A stretch of 64,000 bases of DNA from Rhodobacter sp. (GCA_031425795.1 JANPJZ010000228.1:18-64017), one strand, 5' to 3'. Numbered from the stretch's first letter, positions 9,812 to 19,380 are shown. The notes: generated from the sequence alone by a model not told the origin. A program made the numbers and translations.

Positions 9812-9838
9812 ATCCTACAACGCCCGGGCCCGCCGCAA
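9812..9838 (-). promoter_or_regulatory. Promoter TTGCGG-N15-TAGGAT for the sheath/tube operon
   Basis: Member of the 15-bp-spacer class. Confidence 0.7.
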
Positions 9839-9844
9839 TGGCGG

Positions 9845-10501
9845 CTACCCGAGGGTCGTCACGATCGGCGTCATGGGCGTGCCCTGGGCGTTGGTGGTCT
9901 CGGCGACCAGCCGGGCGATGTTCAGGGTGTTGGCGAGCTCCGTCATCCGGTACTGCTCTCGCATGACGATAATCATGGTCACCGTGGTGACCCATGGCTG
10001 GCCTGGGGCGTCACCGAACCGGGACGGCGGGCTGATGCCCCGCAGTTTGATCGTGTCGATGTCAAAATCCGCCATGATCTGACGGCGGAACATCTTGATG
10101 ATGTTGTAGCTGATGCTGGCCAGGGCCTCGGAGCTCAGCTTATTACCGGCTTCGCACTCGATGAAAATGGGCGTGTCGGCCAAGTCCATGTAGGTCTTGG
10201 TGCCCTGCCAGTTGCCGCCGCTGATGTTCTGCATGCCCAGCTCCTGCGGGACATACTCACCGCGCCGGACCGTGATGATCATGCGCTGGCCATCCCGCTC
10301 AGGCCCATCGACCCGGGCGTCCGGATCGCAGATCCACACCCGGCTGTTCTTGGGGTCTGCCGGGGTGAAGAGGTAGGGATTCTGCCCCTCCAGGAGGTTG
10401 GGCTGCTGGAAGGCGGCCTGGAGCGTGGCGAGCACGACGTCCACCACCCGGATGGACGGGAGCCGGTACTGCGGCGCGGTGCGATCGAAGGCTTCACTCA
10501 T
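9845..10501 (-). CDS. Tail terminator / tail completion protein (by position)
   Basis: Lies between the neck gene and the sheath, the usual myovirus order. Confidence 0.55.
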   Translation of the reverse strand: MSEAFDRTAPQYRLPSIRVVDVVLATLQAAFQQPNLLEGQNPYLFTPADPKNSRVWICDPDARVDGPERDGQRMIITVRRGEYVPQELGMQNISGGNWQGTKTYMDLADTPIFIECEAGNKLSSEALASISYNIIKMFRRQIMADFDIDTIKLRGISPPSRFGDAPGQPWVTTVTMIIVMREQYRMTELANTLNIARLVAETTNAQGTPMTPIVTTLG

Positions 10502-10740
10502 ACAAACCTCTGGCCTCCCGGCAGATAGGGGGACGGTGCCGGCGGCTCCGGGGCCATCGGGGTGTCGGCGGCTGCCATCTGGATGCCAGCCAGGAAGGCC
10601 CCGGCCAGGGCACCAATGATGGCGCTGTAGAGGACCGGGTCCGTCGTGCGCAAGGCAGCCAGCCTCGGGTTGCGGTCAGCGAAGCCTGCGGCCAGGGCAG
10701 ATGCGCCAGCGGTGACGACCGCGCTGTGGAGAATGCTCAT
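10498..10740 (-). CDS. Small two-helix hydrophobic protein
   Basis: Two hydrophobic Ala/Gly-rich segments; overlaps both neighbours by 4 nt. Confidence 0.65.
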   Translation of the reverse strand: MSILHSAVVTAGASALAAGFADRNPRLAALRTTDPVLYSAIIGALAGAFLAGIQMAAADTPMAPEPPAPSPYLPGGQRFV

Positions 10741-11603
10741 TGGTGGTGCGTGCTTTCAGAGGCAGGAGGCGTCACGCGCTCGACCAGGTCCCAGCTGCGC
10801 TCTTCCATCGCGTGGCTGGGTGGCGAAATCGGGATGACGTAGATGGCGTCGTTCTCGTCGACGCGGTTGAGCTGGGCCACCTGGCTAACGATGTAGCCGC
10901 GGCGCGTGGCCAGGCCGACATTCTCCACCTTGTAGCGGATGTTGGATTGCCGATCCACCCACACATCATCGCAGCTGAGGAACGGGTAGTTGGCCAGCTC
11001 GATGTAGACGCTCCAGGCTTCGTACTTCAGCCCCGCTTCGACCACGGCCTGTTTGGGCGGGTTGAACAGCGTGGGGACGAAGACCGGCGGATCCTGGTAG
11101 CCACCGACGAACGTGGTGCCGTAGCATTCGTGGCAGTCCGGGTCGGCCGCGAGGCCGCGCTCGGTGGAGAAGCAGCGGCTGCACTTGGCGCCCCAGGACT
11201 TCTTCAATAGCACGGCACCGGCGATGCCGCCCTTCACCGTCAGGTACAGCGTCTTTTTCCGCACCATCTCCAGGGCGATATTGTCGGGGTCGTGGCCCGC
11301 GTTGGCGGACGACGAATCCTTGAACCCCTTGCCAGTTTTGGATGCAGCCCGGACCACGTAATAGTAGTTCCGGCTGGTGTTCATGCTCTGGACGTTGAAG
11401 TCTGTGAATGATGTCGCGCCTTCGCGTGGCTCGCCGACAAACTCCCAGGGGCCCGACGGGCTGTTGGCTCGGAACACCAGGAACGCCAGGTCGCCCAGAT
11501 CCCAGTTGTGCGGGTTCAGGATCCAGGTGACAGCGGCCACGCCGGGGTTCGGCCGGAACACCGACACGGTGCGGAACGACGGGAAGTTGGCCGGGGCAGA
11601 CAT
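10737..11603 (-). CDS. Head closure / neck protein with Zn-finger (CxxC..CxxCxG)
   Basis: KCSRCF..DCHECYGTTFVGGY; FN3-like N-terminus; position upstream of the tail terminator. Confidence 0.65.
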   Translation of the reverse strand: MSAPANFPSFRTVSVFRPNPGVAAVTWILNPHNWDLGDLAFLVFRANSPSGPWEFVGEPREGATSFTDFNVQSMNTSRNYYYVVRAASKTGKGFKDSSSANAGHDPDNIALEMVRKKTLYLTVKGGIAGAVLLKKSWGAKCSRCFSTERGLAADPDCHECYGTTFVGGYQDPPVFVPTLFNPPKQAVVEAGLKYEAWSVYIELANYPFLSCDDVWVDRQSNIRYKVENVGLATRRGYIVSQVAQLNRVDENDAIYVIPISPPSHAMEERSWDLVERVTPPASESTHHQ

Positions 11604-11605
11604 GC

Positions 11606-13618
11606 TCAGCCTTCCATCTTGAGGCGGGAGATCGACGGGAAGTCGCGCCAGTTGAGGGTGAAGAAGTGGTCCGGGTGCGCCGCCCCGATGCCGATGGCCC
11701 GGGCGCCGGCCAGATTCTCCGGCCTGTCGTCAACGAGCACGCAGTTTTCAGGGTCGATGCCGTGACGATGGATGGCCACCAGCAGCATGTGGGGGTTCGG
11801 CTTGTGCCGGGGGTCCGGCCCGTCGGGCAGACACAGCACGTCCTCGAGCACACCGCCGAGCAGCCGGTTGGCGACCTCGAGCGACTGCATGATGGTGTCC
11901 GCCGTCTGATCTACCGAGTAGCAGGACCGGTTCGTCACGCCCACTAGGGCGTAGCCGCGTTGCTTCAGGCCCGTGAGCAACTCGAGCACGCCCGGGCGAA
12001 CCGTCTGGGCATGCGGGTCGCTCCAGTCGTGGCAGACCACGCAGGTCTCGTCCAGGTCCAGGAGGATCCCGGGGCGCAGCTCCTCGACGTAGGGGATAAA
12101 CGTGTGCTCCTGCTCCCCCGCCTTCGGGGCGATGGCGCCGGGCCCGAAGGTCTGGGTGTTGAACGCGCTCTCTTTGACTTCGGGGCGCATGACGGCGTCG
12201 GCGGTTTCGCCGCGCAGGATCCGCAGGAATGGCTCGTTGAGGGCCTGCTTTTCGTGGGCCCGGTCGTAGAGGTATTCGTCGATGCTCTTGTCAGGGTTCC
12301 GCTGCCGGCGCAGGAGCCGGTCGATCATGCCCTTCTGCGGGACGGTGTGGAAGCGCTGGACCTCAACGTGGCGCTCTTCCGGCGGCAGCGCGGCGTGGCT
12401 CTTGTAGCGGATGCCGCGGGCCCGGACCTGGTTGATCTGTTCCTCATGCCAATGCGGCTCCATGATGGCAATGTGCTTGGTGCCCTTCAGGTCCAGGCCC
12501 TCGGCCCCGGCGCCCGAGATCAGCAGCACCGGCGACTTGCCGGTGTTGTAGGCCTCGATGGCCTCCTTGCGCTCGTTGTCGTTCATCGCGCCGGTGAAGA
12601 TGCGGTGCTGGATGCCCTTGGCCGTGAGGCCCCGGCTCAGCGGTTCAATGCCGGTGCTGAGGAATGCGGAATAGGCCACGCCCCGGTAATTTGGATCGCT
12701 GGCGTGCCGCTTGGCGATCTCACCGACCGCCGCGTTGATCTTGGCGGCATCCGCGTCAGTGGCGCCCTTGTTGAACTGGCCCGGGTGGTTGGACACCTGC
12801 CGGGGCCCATTGAAAAAGGCCTGGAAATCGGCCTCCTCGCTCTTGGCCGGCGGGATGCCATGGCGGATCTTGTATGCGATGCGCGGGTAGCGACCCAGGA
12901 CGAAATCGTAGGCCGCCTGCTGCTTGTCACTCATCGGCACTTCGACGATCGACTCGGAATGCGACGGGAAATGCTCGCGGTTCGCCGCCTGGTAGAAGTC
13001 CACCTTTCCGCGCACCGCGTTTTCAAAGTCGTGCAGGTTCTTCGGCACTTTGATCTTGCCGGGTTTGGCCCCCATCATGCGGCCCCAGAAGCCGACGGGC
13101 ACCTCCCGTGTCTCGACGAAATGCTCCTTGAATTCCTTCGGGTCGCTGGGCAGCGACCCCGGAGCGATTGCGTTGATGAGCGGGGCTACCTCGTGCGGTG
13201 CATTACGCACCGGGGTGCCGGTGAGCAGCAGCTTCTTGGCTGATGGCAGATCCGTGGCCAGGGCGCTACGAGCGGAGCCGGCCTGGCCCATGCGGGCGGC
13301 CTCGTCGAAGGCCACCAGGGAGCCGGCGGCCTGGGCTCGGAAGGCGGGGTCGTTGATGCGGCGGGTAGCCTCCTCGTAGGAGACCACGTCGGTGGGGCCG
13401 GTGTGGCCGGATTCGGCGATGCCCTTGCGGAAGTTGTTGCGCAGGGCGGCTGGCACGATGGCAAGCAGCGGGAGGTTGTTCGCCTTCGCAGCGTTGATGG
13501 AGGTCAGCGTCTTACCAGTACCAACCCCATGGTAAACCAGCTTCCCCGGGTTGTCCGGGTCCTTGAGGTCGTCGGCGACGCGCTCTTGGTGCGGCAGTGG
13601 GGTGAAGTTCAGGGCCAT
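11606..13618 (-). CDS. SNF2/SF2-type helicase fused to a C-terminal HAD-family phosphatase
   Basis: HGVGTGKT, DEAA, LTGTP, GAEGLDLK, EPHW, QVRARGIR; HAD motifs LLDLDET, VTN, KPNP, VDD. Confidence 0.85.
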   Translation of the reverse strand: MALNFTPLPHQERVADDLKDPDNPGKLVYHGVGTGKTLTSINAAKANNLPLLAIVPAALRNNFRKGIAESGHTGPTDVVSYEEATRRINDPAFRAQAAGSLVAFDEAARMGQAGSARSALATDLPSAKKLLLTGTPVRNAPHEVAPLINAIAPGSLPSDPKEFKEHFVETREVPVGFWGRMMGAKPGKIKVPKNLHDFENAVRGKVDFYQAANREHFPSHSESIVEVPMSDKQQAAYDFVLGRYPRIAYKIRHGIPPAKSEEADFQAFFNGPRQVSNHPGQFNKGATDADAAKINAAVGEIAKRHASDPNYRGVAYSAFLSTGIEPLSRGLTAKGIQHRIFTGAMNDNERKEAIEAYNTGKSPVLLISGAGAEGLDLKGTKHIAIMEPHWHEEQINQVRARGIRYKSHAALPPEERHVEVQRFHTVPQKGMIDRLLRRQRNPDKSIDEYLYDRAHEKQALNEPFLRILRGETADAVMRPEVKESAFNTQTFGPGAIAPKAGEQEHTFIPYVEELRPGILLDLDETCVVCHDWSDPHAQTVRPGVLELLTGLKQRGYALVGVTNRSCYSVDQTADTIMQSLEVANRLLGGVLEDVLCLPDGPDPRHKPNPHMLLVAIHRHGIDPENCVLVDDRPENLAGARAIGIGAAHPDHFFTLNWRDFPSISRLKMEG

Positions 13619-13628
13619 ATCAGCGGCC

Positions 13629-13655
13629 AGTCTGGTTGAGGGCTGGCCCGGGCAA
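13629..13655 (-). promoter_or_regulatory. Promoter TTGCCC-N15-CAGACT
   Basis: 10 nt upstream of the helicase ATG. Confidence 0.6.
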
Positions 13656-13658
13656 GGC

Positions 13659-14081
13659 TCACTCGCCGCGACGGCGCCGCTGCAGCTCGAGCAGGAAGGT
13701 GTACCGCTGCGGCGACGGGCTTTCGTTCGCCAGCTTCCGCAGCTGCGCGTCGTCCATCTCGCGGATCACCTTCTGCCCTGCCGCCCGGGCCTCATCCACC
13801 GTCAGGACTCCAGCCACCTTGGGCCGGAAGCCCTGGCTCTCGAGGTCCGTCCGCGTCAGGTACTGGCCGACCGCGGTGGACTTCTCATTGAACTGGCCGA
13901 GCAGGTGCTGGCCCTGGGCTCGAACTGTTGGGTCTGGGTGGCTGAGCAGGGCGTGGAACTTGCGGGCCCGGATGATCTGCTCAGGAGACCGTGTTGCCTT
14001 CAGGACATTGAGGAGGTCATTGGTCGGCGGGATGTGCGCCAGGGCGGCGAGCTTTTCGGTGGCGAAGAACGTCAGGGACAT
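13659..14081 (-). CDS. Hypothetical protein with FFATEKLAA leader
   Basis: ATG 14081 sits 1 nt after the stop of the upstream gene; MSLTFFATEKLAA. Confidence 0.75.
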   Translation of the reverse strand: MSLTFFATEKLAALAHIPPTNDLLNVLKATRSPEQIIRARKFHALLSHPDPTVRAQGQHLLGQFNEKSTAVGQYLTRTDLESQGFRPKVAGVLTVDEARAAGQKVIREMDDAQLRKLANESPSPQRYTFLLELQRRRRGE

Positions 14082-14082
14082 G

Positions 14083-15219
14083 TCAGCGATCCTCACCAGC
14101 AGAAAGCATTTTCTTGAGGCCATAGCCCGCCAAGCCGGCCCCGGCCAGGCCGACACCGAGCCCGCCCCACCGGCCAGCGTTCGCCACCGTCGATGCCCGG
14201 CGATGCGCCGTAGTGTAGCTCTTCAGCGGGCCCGTGATGTTGCCGTAGAGGCTCCCCTGCGACAGCACGTTGTGCCCCAGCGTTTCCTTCGCGAGCACCG
14301 GAACATCCGGGTGGTTGATCAGATGCCGTGCGACAGCGGACTGCCCAGCGGGTGACATCTTGTGGAAGTCTCCGGCCGCCAGGTGGGCCACGTCGGTGTG
14401 GGAGCCTGTCACGCGGAGGGCCTCGTGCGGGTCAGCCTGGAGTTTTCCGACGACGGCGGCCAGCGGGCGGTCATGGACCCCCGCGACCAGGGCATCGTGG
14501 GGATTGCCTTCGCCGCTGGCCCCGGCCATCCGGTCGACGGCCGCCTGATAGCCCGCCGGATTCGAGGCCAGCAGCTGGTCGTGCTGCGTGACGGCAACGT
14601 CGCCGGACAAGCCGGTCTTCGCCCCGAAATGCGTGCCAATCAGCTCCCGATACCGTTCGTGCGCGGGCTGGTGCGACAGCACGGAACCCGCACTGATACC
14701 GTGCTCCGCTGCGGCCTGGTGGAGCGCGTCGTACTGGGCGCCCTGGAAGGCGTGCGTGAGCGTCCGCGAACCCTGGGCCTCTTCGTCGAGCTTGAGCACG
14801 GCGGGAAGCTGGCCCTGCCGGAACGCCCGGTAATGGCCCTGGCGGTCCTCATCCCAGCCACCCCGCCCAACCACGTTGGCAGTGAGCGGATTGGAGTAGA
14901 CCTTGCGCATCAAACCGTAGCCAGTGCCCAGGCCGTGGATGCGTTCGTTCATGAGGCGGGAACCGCCCCGGGTGTACGACATCACGCGCTCGGCTGCCGG
15001 CGTGGTGGCCTTGGCCGAGGTGTCGAAGTCCGTGAGTGCGGAGGCCACACCGGCTGACGGCGCGACGTTCTGCAGCGCGGTGTGACCCCGGTGCGCAGCG
15101 TAGCCACCAAGGGCCCCCGCCCCCGCCAGCATCGCGCCGCCGCCGAGCAGCCCGGCACCGACGAGCTTATCGTCCTGTTCCTTCCGGACCTGGTCGAGAT
15201 CTGCGTTACTGACGGGCAT
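14083..15219 (-). CDS. Putative internal/ejection protein with Gly-rich hydrophobic helices at both ends
   Basis: LVGAGLLGGGAMLAGAGALGG and WGGLGVGLAGAGLAGYGL. Confidence 0.7.
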   Translation of the reverse strand: MPVSNADLDQVRKEQDDKLVGAGLLGGGAMLAGAGALGGYAAHRGHTALQNVAPSAGVASALTDFDTSAKATTPAAERVMSYTRGGSRLMNERIHGLGTGYGLMRKVYSNPLTANVVGRGGWDEDRQGHYRAFRQGQLPAVLKLDEEAQGSRTLTHAFQGAQYDALHQAAAEHGISAGSVLSHQPAHERYRELIGTHFGAKTGLSGDVAVTQHDQLLASNPAGYQAAVDRMAGASGEGNPHDALVAGVHDRPLAAVVGKLQADPHEALRVTGSHTDVAHLAAGDFHKMSPAGQSAVARHLINHPDVPVLAKETLGHNVLSQGSLYGNITGPLKSYTTAHRRASTVANAGRWGGLGVGLAGAGLAGYGLKKMLSAGEDR

Positions 15220-16126
15220 CGGGGGCCTCGCGATCTTTCAGCGCATGGTAGGCCAGTGCCCCGAGGCCAAGGGCCCCGAGACCACCTGCGACCAGGGCGG
15301 CCGGACGACCGTAGCGGGCCAGGCCACGCTGCACGATGTTCGGGCTGCCGGCCGCTGCAGCCTGCTGGGCCAGCATCGGCGTCGGGCCCGGGGCTTTGGC
15401 TTTTGGTGGCAGAGCGGTGGCCGCCGCGTGCAGGCGATTCCACTCAGCAGCATCGCCTGGCTTGGTCGCGAACTGTTCGATAGCCTGGTGCAGCTCGGCG
15501 TGGCCCGGGGCCGCGGGGTCTGCGAGGGCCAGGCGCTGGCGCAGGTGACCGACCGGCGTTTCATCAATCGGAGCCTCGTGCAGCATCTTGGCCCGGGCAC
15601 CATTGGTGGAGAGGTCGTGCGGCGCGCCCGGAGCCATGGCCCGAACCTTCGCGTGCAGGGCCTCGAGGTGTGCGGGATCCGGCTCGCCCGTCGGGTTGTT
15701 CCGGAGCGGATACATGGCGGACTGGACGTCGGAGAAGCCGGGGCTTTTCGCATCACGGTTCAGGAGATCTGCATAGATCTCCTGGACTTTGAGGTCCGAT
15801 TCGCGGGATGCCCGCTTGGTGAATGCTTCGGTGGCCCACAGATCCATAGTCATGTTCCTTGCCGTTTTGTACGCGACGATCCCCGAGTCCTGACAGGCTT
15901 TCGCGAAGCCATCCCACCACGCCTGCGCCACGTTTGGCTGCGGGCCCTGGGCCAGACGCTCGCGCATCACACCAGGGTCACCAGACTGGACGAACTCGTA
16001 GCCATTCTCGAACTCACTCGCCTGGTCGGTTCCCGCGAGCGGGTTGGCCGTAAGTGTCGGCTGAGCAACGTCACCACGCATCGGAGCGGGGTCGCCCGTG
16101 GCGCGGATCGAGGGGTCAACGGGCAT
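15206..16126 (-). CDS. Putative internal/ejection protein with C-terminal Gly-rich helix
   Basis: Internal LWATEAFTKRAS; C-terminal ALVAGGLGALGLGALAY. Confidence 0.7.
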   Translation of the reverse strand: MPVDPSIRATGDPAPMRGDVAQPTLTANPLAGTDQASEFENGYEFVQSGDPGVMRERLAQGPQPNVAQAWWDGFAKACQDSGIVAYKTARNMTMDLWATEAFTKRASRESDLKVQEIYADLLNRDAKSPGFSDVQSAMYPLRNNPTGEPDPAHLEALHAKVRAMAPGAPHDLSTNGARAKMLHEAPIDETPVGHLRQRLALADPAAPGHAELHQAIEQFATKPGDAAEWNRLHAAATALPPKAKAPGPTPMLAQQAAAAGSPNIVQRGLARYGRPAALVAGGLGALGLGALAYHALKDREAPDARQ

Positions 16127-16133
16127 GCCGACT

Positions 16134-16160
16134 AGCCTACCAAAGCGAAACGGCCGGCAA
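16134..16160 (-). promoter_or_regulatory. Promoter TTGCCG-N15-TAGGCT, leaderless (7 nt to ATG); -35 lies inside a hairpin at about 16144-16177
   Basis: Member of the 15-bp-spacer class. Confidence 0.7.
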
Positions 16161-16199
16161 GTGCCGGCCGTTTCGCTCTTCTTTTTACCTCGAGCGGCG

Positions 16200-16676
16200 T
16201 CACCAGAGCACGCCGTAGTAGTTTTGGATCAGCCCATACTCCGAAGGCATGCTCTGCCCACTGAGCGCGACCGAAATGTTGATGGCGGCCTTGAGGTCGC
16301 CTTTCTTGCGTTCGTAGTCAGCGGCCCAGCGCTCGATCCAGCCGCTGTACTCGCCAGCCTTGGCATGGTCGTCACCGCTGGTGCCACCATCGGACGACGG
16401 CATGTGCTCGCGGCTGTGCCAGATGCCGGCCTGGGTCAGGGCCTCGAGCGCGGCCTTCTGCAGGAGCAAGTACTTGTTGGGGTGCGAACGCAGGGTCACG
16501 CCAGCCAGGAGCGGTGGCGTCGTGTTCCAATCGATCAGGGCCATGATCAGGCACTGCCGCAGTTCGTCGTCCTGCGATTCGTACTGGCCGACGAGCAAGC
16601 GATTGAGTTGCCGCTTGTCGCGGATCATGTTCCGCAACGAGGCAACAGCGCGCTCAAGAACTTGCTCGTCGTTCAT
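16200..16676 (-). CDS. Head-tail adaptor/connector protein
   Basis: LRxxxRDxxxLNRL..DWNTTPP..LLL..DGG pattern typical of large-phage adaptors; position after the capsid genes. Confidence 0.6.
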   Translation of the reverse strand: MNDEQVLERAVASLRNMIRDKRQLNRLLVGQYESQDDELRQCLIMALIDWNTTPPLLAGVTLRSHPNKYLLLQKAALEALTQAGIWHSREHMPSSDGGTSGDDHAKAGEYSGWIERWAADYERKKGDLKAAINISVALSGQSMPSEYGLIQNYYGVLW

Positions 16677-16679
16677 TCG

Positions 16680-17144
16680 TCAGATCCCGAACCGGCGCAT
16701 GGCCGCGTTGGCAGCCAGCTGGGTGCCGACGCCTTCGATGGCCCCGGTGGTGTTCTGCGGCAGGGTGTCGAGATCGAACTGGTTATGCGCGCCACGGCGC
16801 ATGGCCTCCTCGATCAGGGCATTCTGTTCCGTCGCAGCGCCGTGCCCATGAAATCCGCCGATGAGCGCACCGACTGGCGCACCGATCGCGGCACCGAGCG
16901 GCCCCCCAAACGCCAGACCAGTTCCGCCGCCAGCCAGCGCGCCAGCGCCAGCCCCGATCACGGCGCGAGCCGTGGGGCTGGACATCCCGTCCGTCACCGG
17001 TGCGGAAGAGCCGCCGTTGCCTGGCAGCCAGCGCGACTTCGCCTGCTCGATCTGAGCCTGCTGTTCTGGCGTGAGATCGCCGCGGGGCATGAACCCCGCG
17101 CGCTTCTGGATCACCTCGGTTGCGAAGAACGCAAACTTGTCCAT
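16680..17144 (-). CDS. Glycine-zipper putative internal protein with FFATE..KRAG leader
   Basis: MDKFAFFATEVIQKRAG; AVIGAGAGALAGGGTGLAFGGPLGAAIGAPVGALIGG. Confidence 0.75.
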   Translation of the reverse strand: MDKFAFFATEVIQKRAGFMPRGDLTPEQQAQIEQAKSRWLPGNGGSSAPVTDGMSSPTARAVIGAGAGALAGGGTGLAFGGPLGAAIGAPVGALIGGFHGHGAATEQNALIEEAMRRGAHNQFDLDTLPQNTTGAIEGVGTQLAANAAMRRFGI

Positions 17145-17154
17145 GGGACTTCCC

Positions 17155-17883
17155 TTAGGCCAGGGCGACGGTCTTGGAGCCGGCCGCGTTCTTGTTCATG
17201 TCGGCATCGCGGAGTGCATTGGCCACCAGGCCGATGGTCACGGTGTCGGTGGCCAGCGCAGTGCCGGTGACCGAAATGTTGAAGCGAATGGTGGACTCGC
17301 CGCCAGTGAGGGCCCCGCCCCCGGTCTTCGTGATGCTGGTCAGCGTGCAGGCGGTGGCGCCGGCAGGGCCGTCATTGAACACGAACGTGAAGTCCGCGAC
17401 GGTGGGAACCACGCCGGTGCTGTTGCCGCCGAGACCGACCGGGTTGTTGTAGACGGCCTCGTTGAAAGCCAGGTCGATGAAGCCAGCGCCGCGGGTCAGG
17501 CTGACGATGTACGGGCCCTGGCCATCGCTGGCGAAACCAGGAAGTCCGGGACGCGGCGTGTTCGTGTCAGCGGCCTTGATGGGGTTGGCCACGGCGTAGG
17601 CCGGGGTCGTCAGGGGCAGCACGTTGGGCGAGGTGCTGACGATGGTGATGAGCGCGGTCGCACGAGCGGCGGTGACGCGGGACATCTCCACCAGGCCCTG
17701 CCAGGTGCGCTCCAGCGGGGTGTCACCGCGGATGTCGGTGGACTTCCCGCGGAGCTTGCTGAGATCGATGGTGAGGTTGGATGCGCTGGCCGGGATCACC
17801 ACGCCGAATCCGACCCGTAGGGCCTGGGTGGTGAGATTGGTGACCACGACCGAGGTCGGAATGGTTTCGACGGGGAACGACAT
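17155..17883 (-). CDS. Ig-like domain virion decoration protein
   Basis: C-terminal beta-sandwich (IDLAFNEAV..DF..LRDADMN); N-terminus paralogous to the upstream gene. Confidence 0.55.
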   Translation of the reverse strand: MSFPVETIPTSVVVTNLTTQALRVGFGVVIPASASNLTIDLSKLRGKSTDIRGDTPLERTWQGLVEMSRVTAARATALITIVSTSPNVLPLTTPAYAVANPIKAADTNTPRPGLPGFASDGQGPYIVSLTRGAGFIDLAFNEAVYNNPVGLGGNSTGVVPTVADFTFVFNDGPAGATACTLTSITKTGGGALTGGESTIRFNISVTGTALATDTVTIGLVANALRDADMNKNAAGSKTVALA

Positions 17884-17948
17884 AGTGATCCTTGGGGATT
17901 CTGGGTGTACCGGAAGGATCTACGAAACCACCCCTCGTGCAAGGGCCG

Positions 17949-18299
17949 TCAGTGCGGGGGCTGCTCTTCGCCTTCGGGCTGTTCCAGGGTGCCGGTGGCG
18001 GCGGGCACGCCGACAGCAAGCAGCTCGGCATCGCGGGCCACCTGGCCGGCGGACGGGTCACGGCGGACGGCTGCCGGGCCGGCGATGAGCGGGACGTCAG
18101 CCTTGATGGTGCCGGCGCTGGCCGCCTTGCGGATGGTGGTGTAGAGGGCCTGGCGGTTGGCCGGGGTCAGCTTGCTGAGGTCCACGGTGATGGGCTTGCC
18201 AGCCGGGAGCGTGACGAGGCCCATGAGATTGAGCGGGCTGTCGAGGAGGTTGGTGACCTCGAGGGTGGCGGGAATGTCGGAGAGGCGGATGTCGAGCAT
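17949..18299 (-). CDS. Hypothetical protein, paralog of the N-terminal domain of 17155-17883
   Basis: IPATLEVTNLLDSPL..ITVDLSKL vs IPTSVVVTNLTTQAL..LTIDLSKL. Confidence 0.65.
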   Translation of the reverse strand: MLDIRLSDIPATLEVTNLLDSPLNLMGLVTLPAGKPITVDLSKLTPANRQALYTTIRKAASAGTIKADVPLIAGPAAVRRDPSAGQVARDAELLAVGVPAATGTLEQPEGEEQPPH

Positions 18300-18378
18300 G
18301 GTTGGGCGGAGTGTTATGGGTTTGTTATGCCGCGCAAGACCAGACCCCTGCGCGGGGCGCAGGGGTCTGTGCGGGTGG

Positions 18379-19374
18379 CTAGAGGGCAGGCGGCGTCCAG
18401 GGGAGCGGCGGGGCTGGTGGCGGAAGAGTTGCCTGCAGCAGCCCGGCGACCTCCGCATGCTTGGCCACGATTTTGTCGGCCCGTTCGATGATAGCCCGCG
18501 CGATGACCAGGAGCTCATCGGGCAAGGCATCCCGTTTCATGTAGTTGATATGGGACGCCGCCCATACGAGGTTCGCAGGTTCTGCTACCAGCAGCGGGAA
18601 CCGCGAAGTCGGCCAGACGTGATCCATCGACGCCGTCGAGCCCATCGCAATCGGGACACCAGTGTAAAAGCACTTCCCCTCCTGCTGTTGAAACTTGGTC
18701 AGCATGATCGGGGTGAGCGCGTTACCAGCCGTCGCGCCCACTCGCGTGTGGAGGATTTTGTTGACCCAGTGGTGGGCACACTGGTCAGACTCTGGTAGTG
18801 CCGGCTGGGTGCAGTACCTGCACTTCCCGTCCGCGACACGCCGTGCCGCGGAGGCCGTAGAGGCCCCGGCGGCTGAGCGCTTTACCGCGCAGCCGTCGCA
18901 CTCGCGGGCCTCGCTCTCTTTGGGTCCACCGCACGTGCCACAGCTGCCGGCGGCGATACGCAATTCCCGGGTTTTGCGTGCCCGCTGGGCCTCTCCGGGC
19001 CGGCGTGCCTCTGCGCATGCTGCGCAACGTGTGTGCCCCGCCTCTGCGGGTTCTGCTGCGCAGGTGACGCACAGCCCAGCCTGTTTTGCCCGTTGGGCCC
19101 GGTCCCGGGTCCGCCGGGCGATACCAGGGCCGTACTTGTCGATGCAGGTTTGGCAGGTGACGCGCTCGTCCGTCCGGGCGCCTCCACACACGATGCACAG
19201 GCAGGCGGCCATGCGGCTTTCGCGGATGCGGGTCTGGCGATCCCGGTTCCGGGTCCGCGACTTCTCACGGCAGTCGTCGCAGCTATAGGTGCCAGTGGTG
19301 TTGGGAACGCCGCATGACGGGCAGAGCCCTGCTGCGATCCGGCGGTTGATGGTATTATCGGGTTTCGTATCCAT
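18379..19374 (-). CDS. HNH endonuclease with five tandem Cys4-type Zn-finger repeats
   Basis: Five CxxC-x9-11-CxxC/H units, then KCFYTG..SMDHVWP..NLVW..IN. Confidence 0.8.
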   Translation of the reverse strand: MDTKPDNTINRRIAAGLCPSCGVPNTTGTYSCDDCREKSRTRNRDRQTRIRESRMAACLCIVCGGARTDERVTCQTCIDKYGPGIARRTRDRAQRAKQAGLCVTCAAEPAEAGHTRCAACAEARRPGEAQRARKTRELRIAAGSCGTCGGPKESEARECDGCAVKRSAAGASTASAARRVADGKCRYCTQPALPESDQCAHHWVNKILHTRVGATAGNALTPIMLTKFQQQEGKCFYTGVPIAMGSTASMDHVWPTSRFPLLVAEPANLVWAASHINYMKRDALPDELLVIARAIIERADKIVAKHAEVAGLLQATLPPPAPPLPWTPPAL

Positions 19375-19380
19375 GCCCGG

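Noticed and set aside
5790-11603. Extracellular contractile injection system or tailocin
   Set aside because: Capsid, protease, scaffold and terminase genes are present, so this is a complete phage.
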